NCBI RefSeq assembly: GCF_000008665.1 | Contig: NC_000917.1 | Coordinates: 990,001-1,022,000, forward strand | DNA: 32,000 bases | Origin: Archaeoglobus fulgidus DSM 4304 | Lineage (GTDB): Archaea > Halobacteriota > Archaeoglobi > Archaeoglobales > Archaeoglobaceae | Reading direction: 5' to 3' | Shown: in pieces, positions 9,774-17,897 of the stretch | Numbering within the stretch: position 1 is the stretch's first letter | Layout of the letters: every line of letters begins with the position of its first letter | Translations under genes and position numbers: made by a program | Notes under the pieces: generated by a model | Told to the model about the DNA's origin: nothing | The model's input: only the letters and a program-made list of their open reading frames with translations | Databases searched by the model: none

Positions 9774-10241
9774 ATGATTGATGAAAAAAATCTGAAGATC
9801 CTGGAAGCAATAGCGAAAGGCCTCTCTCTTGAAGAAATCGCCGAATATGCCGGAGTTTCCAAGAAAACGGCTTACAACAGAATAAAGATGCTCGAAGACA
9901 TGGGAATAGTGAAAAAGGTGAAAAGAACATGGGAAATCGATTACAAGAAGGCGGAGTGCGACACGATCGGGATTCTTCTTCTGGGAGTGCACAACGATTA
10001 CGAGGGGCTGAAGAAGATAACGGAAAGGCTTGCGAAGTTCGACTTCGTGGAAAAGATATACAAGCTCGTTGGCTCCAATTACAATCTTCTGGTCGTTGTG
10101 CGATACAAGAATCTGAAGGAGCTTGTTTCTGAGGGAGAAAAATTCCTTGAGTGGTTGCAGAGGAGCGGGATAAAGATAGACTCAATGGCCCAGTTTGTTG
10201 GGGAGACGGTGAAGGATAGCCGGCGTACAATTCTGCTGTGA
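9774..10241 (+). CDS. Lrp/AsnC family transcriptional regulator
   Basis: N-terminal HTH (DEKNLKILEAIAKGLSLEEIAEYAGVSKKTAYNRIKMLEDMGIV) plus a C-terminal RAM-like domain. 155 aa. Confidence 0.8.
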   Translation: MIDEKNLKILEAIAKGLSLEEIAEYAGVSKKTAYNRIKMLEDMGIVKKVKRTWEIDYKKAECDTIGILLLGVHNDYEGLKKITERLAKFDFVEKIYKLVGSNYNLLVVVRYKNLKELVSEGEKFLEWLQRSGIKIDSMAQFVGETVKDSRRTILL

Positions 10242-10352
10242 ATTACGCCTCTATTACCATTTTTAGTAAAAAATTCCACTTTTGTTGAAATCTGCAAGGC
10301 AATGCCTACACTAATAAGAAACACTTAAATAATATCATTATCAAACTGGATT

Positions 10353-12305
10353 ATGAAGGTTCTTGTGGTCGGTGCGGGCACGATGGGGCACGGAATTGCT
10401 GAAGTTTGTGCCCTTGCTGGAAATGAGGTAATTCTCTGCGACATAAACGAGAACATTTTGAAAAATGCGCTCTCAAGGATAGAGTGGAGCGTCAGAAAGC
10501 TTGAACAAAAGGGAAGGATAAAAGGGGCAGATGATGTGCTGAAGAGGCTGAAAACCACAACGGATTTGGTTGAAGCTGCTAAAGAGGCTGATTTCGTCAT
10601 AGAGGCTGTTGTCGAGAAGACCGAAGTGAAGCATGAGGTCTTCAAAACTCTTGATGAGAACTGCAGGGATGACGTCATTCTCGCCACGAACACCTCCACC
10701 ATTCCAATAACAGACATAGCGATGGCAACAAAGAGAAAGGACAAGGTTGTGGGGCTGCACTTCTTCAACCCTCCAACTCTGATAAGGCTGGTTGAAATAA
10801 TAAGGGGGAGAGACACGAGCGATGAAACTGTAAGGAAAACCGTTGAGTTTGCCAAATCAATTGGAATGGACTACGTTCTCGTTGAGAGGGACGTTCCCGG
10901 GTTTTTGATTAACAGGATAAACATAAGGGTTTTCGTGGAGGCGATAAGGCTGCTTGAGGAGGGTTTTAAACCTGAGCAGATTGATGCAGCCGTTAAATAC
11001 AGAGCAGGGCTGCCTATGGGCCTCTTCGAGGTTGTTGACTTCAGCGGAGTTGATACGGTTTACAATGTCCTCAATGAAGTGAGGAAGAGGGGCTTTGAGG
11101 TGGAGGTGCCTGGACTGCTCGAGAGAATGGTTTTAGAGGGCAGGCTGGGGATGAAGACTGGCAAAGGCTTCTATGAGTACAGTGGCTTTTACACGAGGGC
11201 TAAAATCTCAAAAGACCTTGCATACAGCGTCAACCCGATAAATCTGCTGGCTCCGGGGATTAACGAGGCTGCGTGGCTGATAAGAAACGGAATCGCAACG
11301 AAAGAAGACATAGACAAGGCAACGGTGAAGGGAATGGGCTATCCGAAGGGCATTCTGGACTTTGCCGACAGCTATGGCATAGACAGGGTTGTTTCGGTGC
11401 TGGAAACGAGGAAGGGGAAGACGGGACTGAAGGAGTACGAGCCGGATGAGCTGCTGAAAGAGCTTAAGGAGAATGGAAAGCTCGGAAAGAAGACCGGAGA
11501 GGGTTTTTACAAGTGGAACTACGAACTTGAGGATATCGGGCCAGTAAGGTATGAGAAGAGGCACAACTATGCAGTTATAACCATGAGAAGGGCTGAGAAG
11601 CTGAATGCCTTAAACGAGGAGATGTGGGTTGGTTTGACAAAGGCTTTCAGGAAGGCGAGGCTTGACAGGGATGTTAGGGCTGTAATCATAACTGGAGAGG
11701 GGAGAGCCTTCTGCGCTGGAGACGACATAGCTGTAATGGGCTCTTGGAAAAGCTTCAGGGATGGCGTTGAGTTCTTCGAGAACATTGCCATGCCCCTCGT
11801 TTCGGAGCTTGCTGACTACGACAAGCCCATAATATCTCTTGTGAACGGAAATGCGTTCGGTGGAGGGATGGAGCTCAACATGTTCTTTGACATCGTTATA
11901 GCCAGCGAAGATGCAAGCTTTGCCGTTCCTGAGGGGCTGATTGGAGCTATCCCGCCTATCGCCTCATCCTTCGGATACGCCCTTTTCGGCAGGAGGATGG
12001 CCTACTACGCCCTAACTGGAGAGACGATGGATGCTAAAGAAGCTAAGGAGTTCGGGCTGGTTGATTTAGTTGTGCCGAAGCACTGCTTGGAGGATGCGGG
12101 GATAGAGCACGTTGATAAGGTTTGCAGAGTTGCTCCCTTAGCGGCGCAGTCGATAAAGAGGTCGATGAATGCTGTAAGGCAGCTTTTCAGGAACGCCTTA
12201 GAGCTTGCTGGAAAGGAGATTGAGCTTCTAATCCCAACTGAGGACTTTGCTGAGGGAATGGCGGCCTTTGTTCAGAAAAGGCGACCTCAGTGGAAGGGCA
12301 GGTAA
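10353..12305 (+). CDS. bifunctional 3-hydroxyacyl-CoA dehydrogenase / enoyl-CoA hydratase (beta-oxidation fusion protein)
   Basis: 650 aa. N-terminal Rossmann motif VVGAGTMGHGIA and the HFFNP motif indicate the HAD domain. The C-terminal crotonase fold has ITGEGRAFCAGDD and GGGMEL motifs. Confidence 0.9.
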   Translation: MKVLVVGAGTMGHGIAEVCALAGNEVILCDINENILKNALSRIEWSVRKLEQKGRIKGADDVLKRLKTTTDLVEAAKEADFVIEAVVEKTEVKHEVFKTLDENCRDDVILATNTSTIPITDIAMATKRKDKVVGLHFFNPPTLIRLVEIIRGRDTSDETVRKTVEFAKSIGMDYVLVERDVPGFLINRINIRVFVEAIRLLEEGFKPEQIDAAVKYRAGLPMGLFEVVDFSGVDTVYNVLNEVRKRGFEVEVPGLLERMVLEGRLGMKTGKGFYEYSGFYTRAKISKDLAYSVNPINLLAPGINEAAWLIRNGIATKEDIDKATVKGMGYPKGILDFADSYGIDRVVSVLETRKGKTGLKEYEPDELLKELKENGKLGKKTGEGFYKWNYELEDIGPVRYEKRHNYAVITMRRAEKLNALNEEMWVGLTKAFRKARLDRDVRAVIITGEGRAFCAGDDIAVMGSWKSFRDGVEFFENIAMPLVSELADYDKPIISLVNGNAFGGGMELNMFFDIVIASEDASFAVPEGLIGAIPPIASSFGYALFGRRMAYYALTGETMDAKEAKEFGLVDLVVPKHCLEDAGIEHVDKVCRVAPLAAQSIKRSMNAVRQLFRNALELAGKEIELLIPTEDFAEGMAAFVQKRRPQWKGR

Positions 12306-12376
12306 TTTGTATTTTTTATCCAAATAATTTTTTGTGTTTTACTTCTCAAAGATGTAGGAAAATTTGATTACAGGGG

Positions 12377-12598
12377 GTGAATTTGAAAAACATCAAAATG
12401 CCCGTTCTCGTTCTTGCTGCAGAGAAGGACCACATAACTCCACCAGAGTCCGTTACAGCCTTCTTTGAGAAGATTCCGTCTAAGGACAAAAAGTTGCTTC
12501 TGTCTGATAAAGGGCATATCGGTCTAACTGTCAGCGGAAGCTCGCACAGAAAAATCTGGCCGGAAGCTATAAAATGGGTGGTGGAGAGGTCAAAATGA
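12377..12598 (+). pseudogene. orphan C-terminal fragment of an alpha/beta hydrolase (class III PHA-synthase PhaC-like)
   Basis: The 73-aa ORF (GTG start) is bounded upstream by an in-frame TGA at 12365-12367. The sequence PVLVLAAEKDHITPPES...KGHIGLTVSG...WPEAIKWV resembles the last ~70 aa of PhaC-type hydrolases, covering the Asp/His part of the triad. The nucleophile-elbow region is absent. Confidence 0.5.
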
Positions 12599-13053
12599 TG
12601 AGCCTTCTGGAAGAGATGAAGGGAATCTACTCCAAGAAAGGAGGGAAGGTTAAGCCTTTTGAGAAGTTTGAAGGTGAGTTGAAGGAAGGATACAGGTTTG
12701 AGTATGAAAAGAAGCTCTGCGAAATTGACGTGGCGATGTTCGGCTTAATCTCTGGTGACCTGAATCCTGTGCACTTTGATGAGGACTTTGCCTCAAAAAC
12801 GAGATTTGGAGGCAGAGTCGTGCACGGAATGCTGACAACAAGCCTCGTTTCTGCCGCTGTTGCAAGGCTTCCCGGCACTGTGGTGCTGCTTGAACAATCT
12901 TTCCGCTACACCTCCCCCGTAAGAATTGGAGACGTTGTGAGGGTTGAGGGAGTGGTTAGCGGTGTGGAGAAAAACCGCTACACAATCGACGTCAAGTGCT
13001 ATACAGGCGATAAAGTTGTTGCAGAGGGCGTGGTTAAGGTGCTCATCTGGTAA
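12595..13053 (+). CDS. MaoC-like (R)-specific enoyl-CoA hydratase / hot-dog dehydratase
   Basis: The GDLNPVHFDEDFA...GGRVVHGML motif is the MaoC dehydratase signature. ATG at 12595 overlaps the upstream TGA (ATGA). The ORF is open from 12574. Confidence 0.85.
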   Translation: MMSLLEEMKGIYSKKGGKVKPFEKFEGELKEGYRFEYEKKLCEIDVAMFGLISGDLNPVHFDEDFASKTRFGGRVVHGMLTTSLVSAAVARLPGTVVLLEQSFRYTSPVRIGDVVRVEGVVSGVEKNRYTIDVKCYTGDKVVAEGVVKVLIW

Positions 13054-13054
13054 G

Positions 13055-13139
13055 CGCCGGGGGTGGGATTCGAACCCACGCGCCCTTTCGGGCAGGAGAT
13101 CTCGAGTCTCCCGCAGTGGCCTGGCTCTGCAACCCCGGC
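13055..13139 (-). tRNA. tRNA-Ser (anticodon CGA)
   Basis: Hand-folded 85-nt cloverleaf. Acceptor GCCGGGG/CCCCGGC, D stem GCAG/CTGC, anticodon stem GGAGA/TCTCC with loop CTCGAGA, long variable arm GCCC-GAAA-GGGC, T arm GTGGG-TTCGAAT-CCCAC. CCA is not encoded. Confidence 0.9.
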
Positions 13140-13214
13140 TTAGCCTTAGTTGGCGAATGAGATAATAAGCTTTCCTTCGAAAACTATTTTTGAAGGTTGC
13201 CGCTAAGGTTGAGG

Positions 13215-14348
13215 ATGATCAGTCTGAGCAAGCTTATTGCGGGAGAAGCGACGGTTTCAAGGCAGATAACCTACGGAGGGGATTCCAGCTTCATTCCTGA
13301 AAAGCTCAAGCAGTTTGCCTCATCCCTCCGCCCCATTGTCGTCTGGAATGTTACGAACAGATGCAACTTGCGATGCCTTCACTGCTACGCATCCGCCAAT
13401 TCCGATTTTTCGGAGTTAACGACAGAGCAGTGCTTCCAGATTGTGGACTCCCTTGCCGAGTTTAAAGTCCCGCTAATCCTCTTCAGCGGTGGTGAACCCC
13501 TTTTAAGGGAAGATATCTTCGAAATTGCTGGTTACGCTAAAAAGAAGGGGATAAAGAGTGTTCTGTCCACCAACGGAACTCTCATTGACAGAGATATGGC
13601 AGAAAATCTTAAGGTTTTTGAGTACGTTGGAGTTAGCCTCGATGGCGTTGCTTCAACCAATGACAGGTTCAGGGGAGTCGAGGGGGCCTACGAAAGGGCA
13701 TTTAAGGGACTGCTAATGGCCTCAGAAGTTGTTTTATCTGGAATAAGGTTCACCGTGAGCAAATACAACTACAAAGATGTTTTTTCTCTCATCGAGCTGG
13801 CGAGGGAGCACGAAATTCCGAGATTCTGCCTCTACCACCTCGTCCCATCCGGCAGAGCGGAGTTCAAGGACGACATCACCAACGAGCAGAGAAGGGCTCT
13901 CCTCGATAACCTTCTCAGGGAGGCTGAGAAAGAGGGAATGGAGATTATGACGGTGGACAATCCCGCGGATGGAATCTACACCTACCTGAAGCTGAAAGAG
14001 GCTGATTCTGAAAAGGCAGAGATGGCTCTTGAGTTCTTGAAGTTCAGAGGCGGAGACAGCAGCGGAATAAGGCTCGCAAACATCGACCATCAGGGCAATG
14101 TTCACCCCAACCAGTTCTGGTGGGACTACACTGTCGGAAATGTCTTGGAGAGGAGCTTCGAGGAAATATGGATGGGTGAGGACGAGTTGCTGAAAAAGCT
14201 TAGGGAGAAAACCAAGTATCTCAGGGATAAATGCGGGAAGTGTCACTTTAAGGAAATATGTGGAGGGTTCAGAGTTAGAGCTTACCGCTACGGCGATTTG
14301 TGGGGTGCTGACCCCAGCTGCTATTTGACGGATGATGAGATACAGTAA
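13215..14348 (+). CDS. radical SAM/SPASM protein of the NirJ / AhbC / AhbD (alternative heme biosynthesis) family
   Basis: CxxxCxxC motif NRCNLRCLHCY. C-terminal Cys cluster (CGKCHFKEICGG...C) typical of SPASM. N-terminal MISLSKLIAGE resembles the NirJ/Ahb family N-termini. ATG at 13215 is preferred over TTG at 13197. Confidence 0.8.
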   Translation: MISLSKLIAGEATVSRQITYGGDSSFIPEKLKQFASSLRPIVVWNVTNRCNLRCLHCYASANSDFSELTTEQCFQIVDSLAEFKVPLILFSGGEPLLREDIFEIAGYAKKKGIKSVLSTNGTLIDRDMAENLKVFEYVGVSLDGVASTNDRFRGVEGAYERAFKGLLMASEVVLSGIRFTVSKYNYKDVFSLIELAREHEIPRFCLYHLVPSGRAEFKDDITNEQRRALLDNLLREAEKEGMEIMTVDNPADGIYTYLKLKEADSEKAEMALEFLKFRGGDSSGIRLANIDHQGNVHPNQFWWDYTVGNVLERSFEEIWMGEDELLKKLREKTKYLRDKCGKCHFKEICGGFRVRAYRYGDLWGADPSCYLTDDEIQ

Positions 14349-14767
14349 TTAACTGCCTCTTCCGGAGTCTCAAAAACCCTCATCCCCTCAATCACGACAG
14401 GAGGCTTGAGAGAGGCGACCCTCTTCCCCTCCTTGAGTGCAATGGCTATCTCCGAAATTGTTCCGTAACCACCGCCCACAGAAATCAAAGCGTCGCTGGA
14501 GTGGACGATTATTACGTTTCTTGCATGTCCCATGTCCGTCGCAATCCTGATGTCGGCAAAATCGTTGCAGAGATCTTTTTTCCTCGGCAGAATGGCAACA
14601 ACCAGCCCACCCTTGCTTTTCGCCCCCTTGGCACTGGCCTCCATCACCCCTCCGAGGCCCCCGTTTATCAGCACGTGCCCTTTCTCGGCAATAAGCTCCC
14701 CAACTCTGTACGCAATTCTGTAAGTCTCCTCATCGCACTCTCCCGCTCCTATAACCCCAATCTGCAT
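14321..14767 (-). CDS. TIGR00725 / LOG-like Rossmann-fold nucleotide-binding protein
   Basis: The IGVIGAG...INGGLGGVMEA..KGA...GG..VAILP and GGGYGT..E motifs are typical of the LOG/TIGR00725 family. ATG at 14767 is preceded by GAGGTGA. The 3' end overlaps the radical SAM gene by 28 nt (convergent). Confidence 0.7.
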   Translation of the reverse strand: MQIGVIGAGECDEETYRIAYRVGELIAEKGHVLINGGLGGVMEASAKGAKSKGGLVVAILPRKKDLCNDFADIRIATDMGHARNVIIVHSSDALISVGGGYGTISEIAIALKEGKRVASLKPPVVIEGMRVFETPEEAVNYCISSSVK

Positions 14768-14840
14768 TAGCTTCACCTCATATCGAAATCGTTTTTAGCC
14801 TTCCGCGGAAGGAACATTAAAAATTAACATGCGGCAAAGA

Positions 14841-14848
14841 TTTAAATT
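14841..14848 (+). promoter_or_regulatory. candidate TATA box (TTTAAATT) with purine-rich BRE-like upstream bases for the rpl18e operon
   Basis: AT-rich octamer about 42 nt upstream of ATG 14890 in an otherwise GC-balanced intergenic region. Position only; no transcript data. Confidence 0.35.
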
Positions 14849-14889
14849 ACGTAATGTAACGGTCAAAACTACGCTGAGGTGTAGTTGAT

Positions 14890-15268
14890 ATGAGCAAGAT
14901 AAGGAAGCTGGCAGAGGAGGAAGTCAAATCCAAACCTCGTTACTCTCATCGATGTACTGCTGAGCGAGTCAGCAAAAAATGAGGCGCCAGTGTGGAAAGA
15001 GGTTGCAGAGAGGTTGGCGAAGCCGAGGAGGTTGCAGGCGGAGGTAAACGTATCGAAGATTGAGAAGTATGCAAAGCCCAACGAGTATGTTGTGGTTCCG
15101 GGGAAAGTTCTTGGTTCAGGGAGCATCACAAAGCCAGTAAAGGTTGCAGCGCTCAGCTTCTCGGAGAAGGCGGCAAGCAAAATCAGGGAGGCTGGCGGAG
15201 TTTGCATGAAAATCGAGGAGCTTTTGAAGGAGAATCCGAAGGGTAGCGGAGTGAGGCTGATGGTCTGA
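14890..15268 (+). CDS. rpl18e: 50S ribosomal protein L18e (eL18), with an apparent 1-nt frame disruption near the 5' end
   Basis: The frame-2 translation KSNPNLVTLIDVLLSESAKNEAPVWKEVAERLAKPRRLQAEVNVSKIEKYA...VVPGKVLGSG is a clear eL18. The only SD-preceded ATG (14890) is in frame 1. The first canonical in-frame start is GTG 14990. The span is 379 nt (3n+1). Confidence 0.8.
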
Positions 15269-15278
15269 GGTGGTTGGA

Positions 15279-15749
15279 ATGGCGGTAAACGTTAGCAGGG
15301 TTATCAAGACTCTTGGAGACGACTTCACAGTTATTGATGCTTCAGGCCACATTCTCGGAAGGCTGTCAAGCAAAATTGCAAAGAGACTGCTCAACGGCGA
15401 GAGAATCGTTGTTGTTAACGCAGAGAAGGCGGTGATTACGGGGGACAAGTACATGGTCTTCGAGAGGTACAAGGAGAAGTACGACAGGGGAAGCAAGGAG
15501 AAGGGGCCTTACTTCCCGAGGCATCCCGAGAGAATATTCAAGAGAACCGTCAGGGGAATGCTCCCATGGAAGAGCTCAAGGGGAAGAGATGCCTACAGAA
15601 GGCTCAGAGTTTTCATGGGCGTTCCGGAGGAGCTTCAGGGCAGGGAGTTTGAGAAAATCGAGGACGCACTTCTGGAGAAAGTTTCAAAAACAGACAAGTA
15701 CGTTACTCTTGCAGAGGTAAGCAGGTATCTCGGTTTCAGAGGTGTCTGA
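15279..15749 (+). CDS. rpl13: 50S ribosomal protein L13 (uL13)
   Basis: [37 protein letters not shown] and the RMLP.K.RG motifs are typical of uL13. ATG at 15279 is preferred over GTG at 15270. Confidence 0.9.
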   Translation: MAVNVSRVIKTLGDDFTVIDASGHILGRLSSKIAKRLLNGERIVVVNAEKAVITGDKYMVFERYKEKYDRGSKEKGPYFPRHPERIFKRTVRGMLPWKSSRGRDAYRRLRVFMGVPEELQGREFEKIEDALLEKVSKTDKYVTLAEVSRYLGFRGV

Positions 15750-15750
15750 G

Positions 15751-16149
15751 ATGAAGATTGTTGTAACGAGCGGTAAAAGAAAAACGGCAACTGCAAGGGC
15801 TGTTATAAAGCCGGGCAAGGGCAGAGTGAGGATAAACAGCGTTCCGGTTGAGATACACCAGCCCGAGCTTGCAAGGATGAAGATAATGGAGCCCCTCATC
15901 ATCGCCAAGGAGCTTGCAGAGAAGGTTGACATTGAGGTCAAAACTTGGGGAGGGGGGTTCATGGCTCAGGCGGAGGCCGCAAGAACTGCCATTGCCAGAG
16001 CGCTCCTTGAGTTCAGCGGAGATGAGGAGCTGAGAAAGGCTTTCTTAGAGTATGACAGAACCCTCCTGGTTAACGACGTGAGGAGGAAGCTTCCAAAGAT
16101 TCAGGGAGGTAGGGGAGCGAGAGCAAGGAGACAGACATCCTACAGGTGA
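15751..16149 (+). CDS. rps9: 30S ribosomal protein S9 (uS9)
   Basis: [10 protein letters not shown] at the N-terminus and a C-terminal ...[13 protein letters not shown] at 15751 is preferred over GTG at 15742. Confidence 0.9.
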   Translation: MKIVVTSGKRKTATARAVIKPGKGRVRINSVPVEIHQPELARMKIMEPLIIAKELAEKVDIEVKTWGGGFMAQAEAARTAIARALLEFSGDEELRKAFLEYDRTLLVNDVRRKLPKIQGGRGARARRQTSYR

Positions 16150-16154
16150 ACACA

Positions 16155-16385
16155 ATGGACGTACCGAGAAACGAGAATTCCAGCGATTTCCCAATTCGCT
16201 GTTTTTCTTGCGGGGCGGTTATAGGCCACCTATACGATGAGTACAAGCAGAAGCTCAGCGAGGGCAAGAGTCCAAAAGAGGCTTTGGACGAACTCGGAAT
16301 CGAGAGGTACTGCTGCAGGAGAATGTTCATAACTCACAAGTCTGTAATTAAGGAGCTATCCCGCTTTCATGGGGCCGTGGGGTAG
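16155..16385 (+). CDS. rpoN: DNA-directed RNA polymerase subunit N (Rpo10)
   Basis: PIRCFSCGAVIG...YCCRRMFITH zinc-binding signature. The last 15 nt, including the stop, lie inside tRNA-Pro. Confidence 0.85.
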   Translation: MDVPRNENSSDFPIRCFSCGAVIGHLYDEYKQKLSEGKSPKEALDELGIERYCCRRMFITHKSVIKELSRFHGAVG

Positions 16386-16444
16386 CCTGGTGATCCTGCG
16401 GCGTTCGGGACGCCGTGACCCGAGTTCAAATCTCGGCGGCCCCA
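16371..16444 (+). tRNA. tRNA-Pro (anticodon CGG)
   Basis: Hand-folded 74-nt cloverleaf. Acceptor GGGGCCG/CGGCCCC, anticodon stem CGGCG/CGCCG with loop TTCGGGA, T arm CCGAG-TTCAAAT-CTCGG, discriminator A. CCA is not encoded. Confidence 0.9.
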
Positions 16445-16460
16445 TCTGCTTTAAGGGGTG

Positions 16461-16688
16461 ATGGGCATTAAAGTAAAGTTCCCGTTCGAATATACGAGAT
16501 TTGAAAAGGCCAGGATTATTGGAGCGAGAGCATTGCAGATTGCAATGGGAGCTCCTGTCTTAATTGAGACTGATAAAACTGAACCCCTCGAAATAGCCCT
16601 TGAAGAGTTCAACAGGGGCGTAATTCCAATTACCGTCAGGAGGAGGAGAAATGAATTTGTATGGCTTGAAAGATACGACCTTTTCTGA
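16461..16688 (+). CDS. rpoK: DNA-directed RNA polymerase subunit K (Rpo6)
   Basis: [21 protein letters not shown] is the Rpo6/omega signature. ATG at 16461 immediately follows GTG at 16458. Confidence 0.85.
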   Translation: MGIKVKFPFEYTRFEKARIIGARALQIAMGAPVLIETDKTEPLEIALEEFNRGVIPITVRRRRNEFVWLERYDLF

Positions 16689-16697
16689 GGTGGTAGC

Positions 16698-17897
16698 TTG
16701 ATAATTGAGGACGTTCACTACAGAGTCGTTTTCGACAGCAGGGGAAACGAGACGGTTGAGTGTGAAGTCGTTGCTGGGGAGGTTGTTGCGAAGGCGATGG
16801 CTCCGAGCGGAGCCTCTACTGGCAGTGGAGAGGCTGTAGTAGTCAGCCCCTACAGATACGAGGAGATTGAGGAGGAAGTTTCAAAGGCGATTATCGGAAT
16901 GAGCGTCTTTGATCAGGAGAGCGTTGATGAGGCATTGAGAGAGCTTGACGGAACCGATAACTTTTCCAGAATTGGTGGCAATTTCGCCATAACCGCAAGC
17001 CTTGCAGTTGCTAAAGCAGCTGCGGAAATTCTCGGCCTTCCGCTTTACGCTTACGTTGGTGGAGTTTTTGCAAAGGAGCTTCCCTACCCCTTGGGCAATG
17101 TCATAGGTGGTGGGAGACACGCAGAAGGCTCCACAAGCATTCAGGAGTTTCTGGTAATTCCAGTTGGGGCAAAAACCTTTTTTGAGGCTCAGAGAGCAAA
17201 CGCCGCCGTACACAAGCAGCTTAAGAAGATTTTCAAAGAAAGGGGAATTTTCGCTGCCAAAGGCGATGAGGGGGCTTGGGCTGCACAGATAAGTGACGAG
17301 CAGGCCTTCGAGATTCTCAGCGAGGCCATCCAGAGAGTTGAGGACGAGCTGGGAGTGAAGGTCAGGATGGGGATTGACGTTGCGGCAACTGAGCTATGGG
17401 ATGGTGAGAGGTACGTTTACTCCGACAGAAAGCTAACTACAGAGGAGCAGATTGCCTACATGGCGGAGCTTGCTGACAGGTACGACTTGCTCTATATCGA
17501 AGACCCCCTCCACGAGAAGGACTTTGAGGGGTTTGCGGAGCTGACGAAGCAGGTAAAGTGCATGGTCTGCGGGGATGACATCTTCGTAACCAACCCCGAA
17601 ATCATAAAGAAGGGCATTGAGGTTGGTGCAGCAAACACAGTCTTAATAAAACCTAACCAGAACGGGACTCTGAGCGGGACGGCAAAGGCGGTGAAAATTG
17701 CGAAGGATAACGGATACAGCGTTGTTGTGAGCCACAGAAGCGGAGAAACGGAGGATGAGACTTTAGCACATCTCGCCGTTGCTTTCAACGCAAAGTTAAT
17801 AAAGACCGGAGTGGTTGGGGGAGAGAGAATATCCAAGCTCAACGAGCTCATCAGGATTGAAGAATTGATGGACAAACCGAGAATGGTGATGATATGA
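16698..17897 (+). CDS. eno: enolase (2-phosphoglycerate dehydratase)
   Basis: 399 aa. [25 protein letters not shown] and SHRSGETED motifs. TTG start preceded by GAGGTGG. Confidence 0.9.

Noticed and set aside
9529-10230. 233-aa minus-strand ORF, the longest unassigned ORF in the track
   Set aside because: Ser/Pro/Leu/Arg-rich low-complexity sequence that runs antisense across both the FtsZ-like gene and the Lrp regulator, which has a clear HTH. It also crosses their intergenic spacer, which is not gene-like.
10325-10855. 176-aa minus-strand ORF
   Set aside because: Antisense to the Rossmann-fold N-terminus of the hydroxyacyl-CoA dehydrogenase. Ser/Thr/Phe-rich with no motifs.
12574-12594. 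Upstream ATG 12574 as the MaoC start (MGGGEVKMM...)
   Set aside because: It would overlap the upstream ORF by 25 nt and add a Gly-rich extension not typical of MaoC proteins. ATG 12595, in an ATGA stop/start overlap, is more plausible. This is not decisive.
13734-14246. 170-aa minus-strand ORF
   Set aside because: Antisense shadow of the radical SAM/SPASM gene.
14869-15496. Minus-strand ORFs 14869-15207 and 15116-15496
   Set aside because: Antisense to rpl18e and rpl13, which have unambiguous ribosomal-protein translations on the plus strand.
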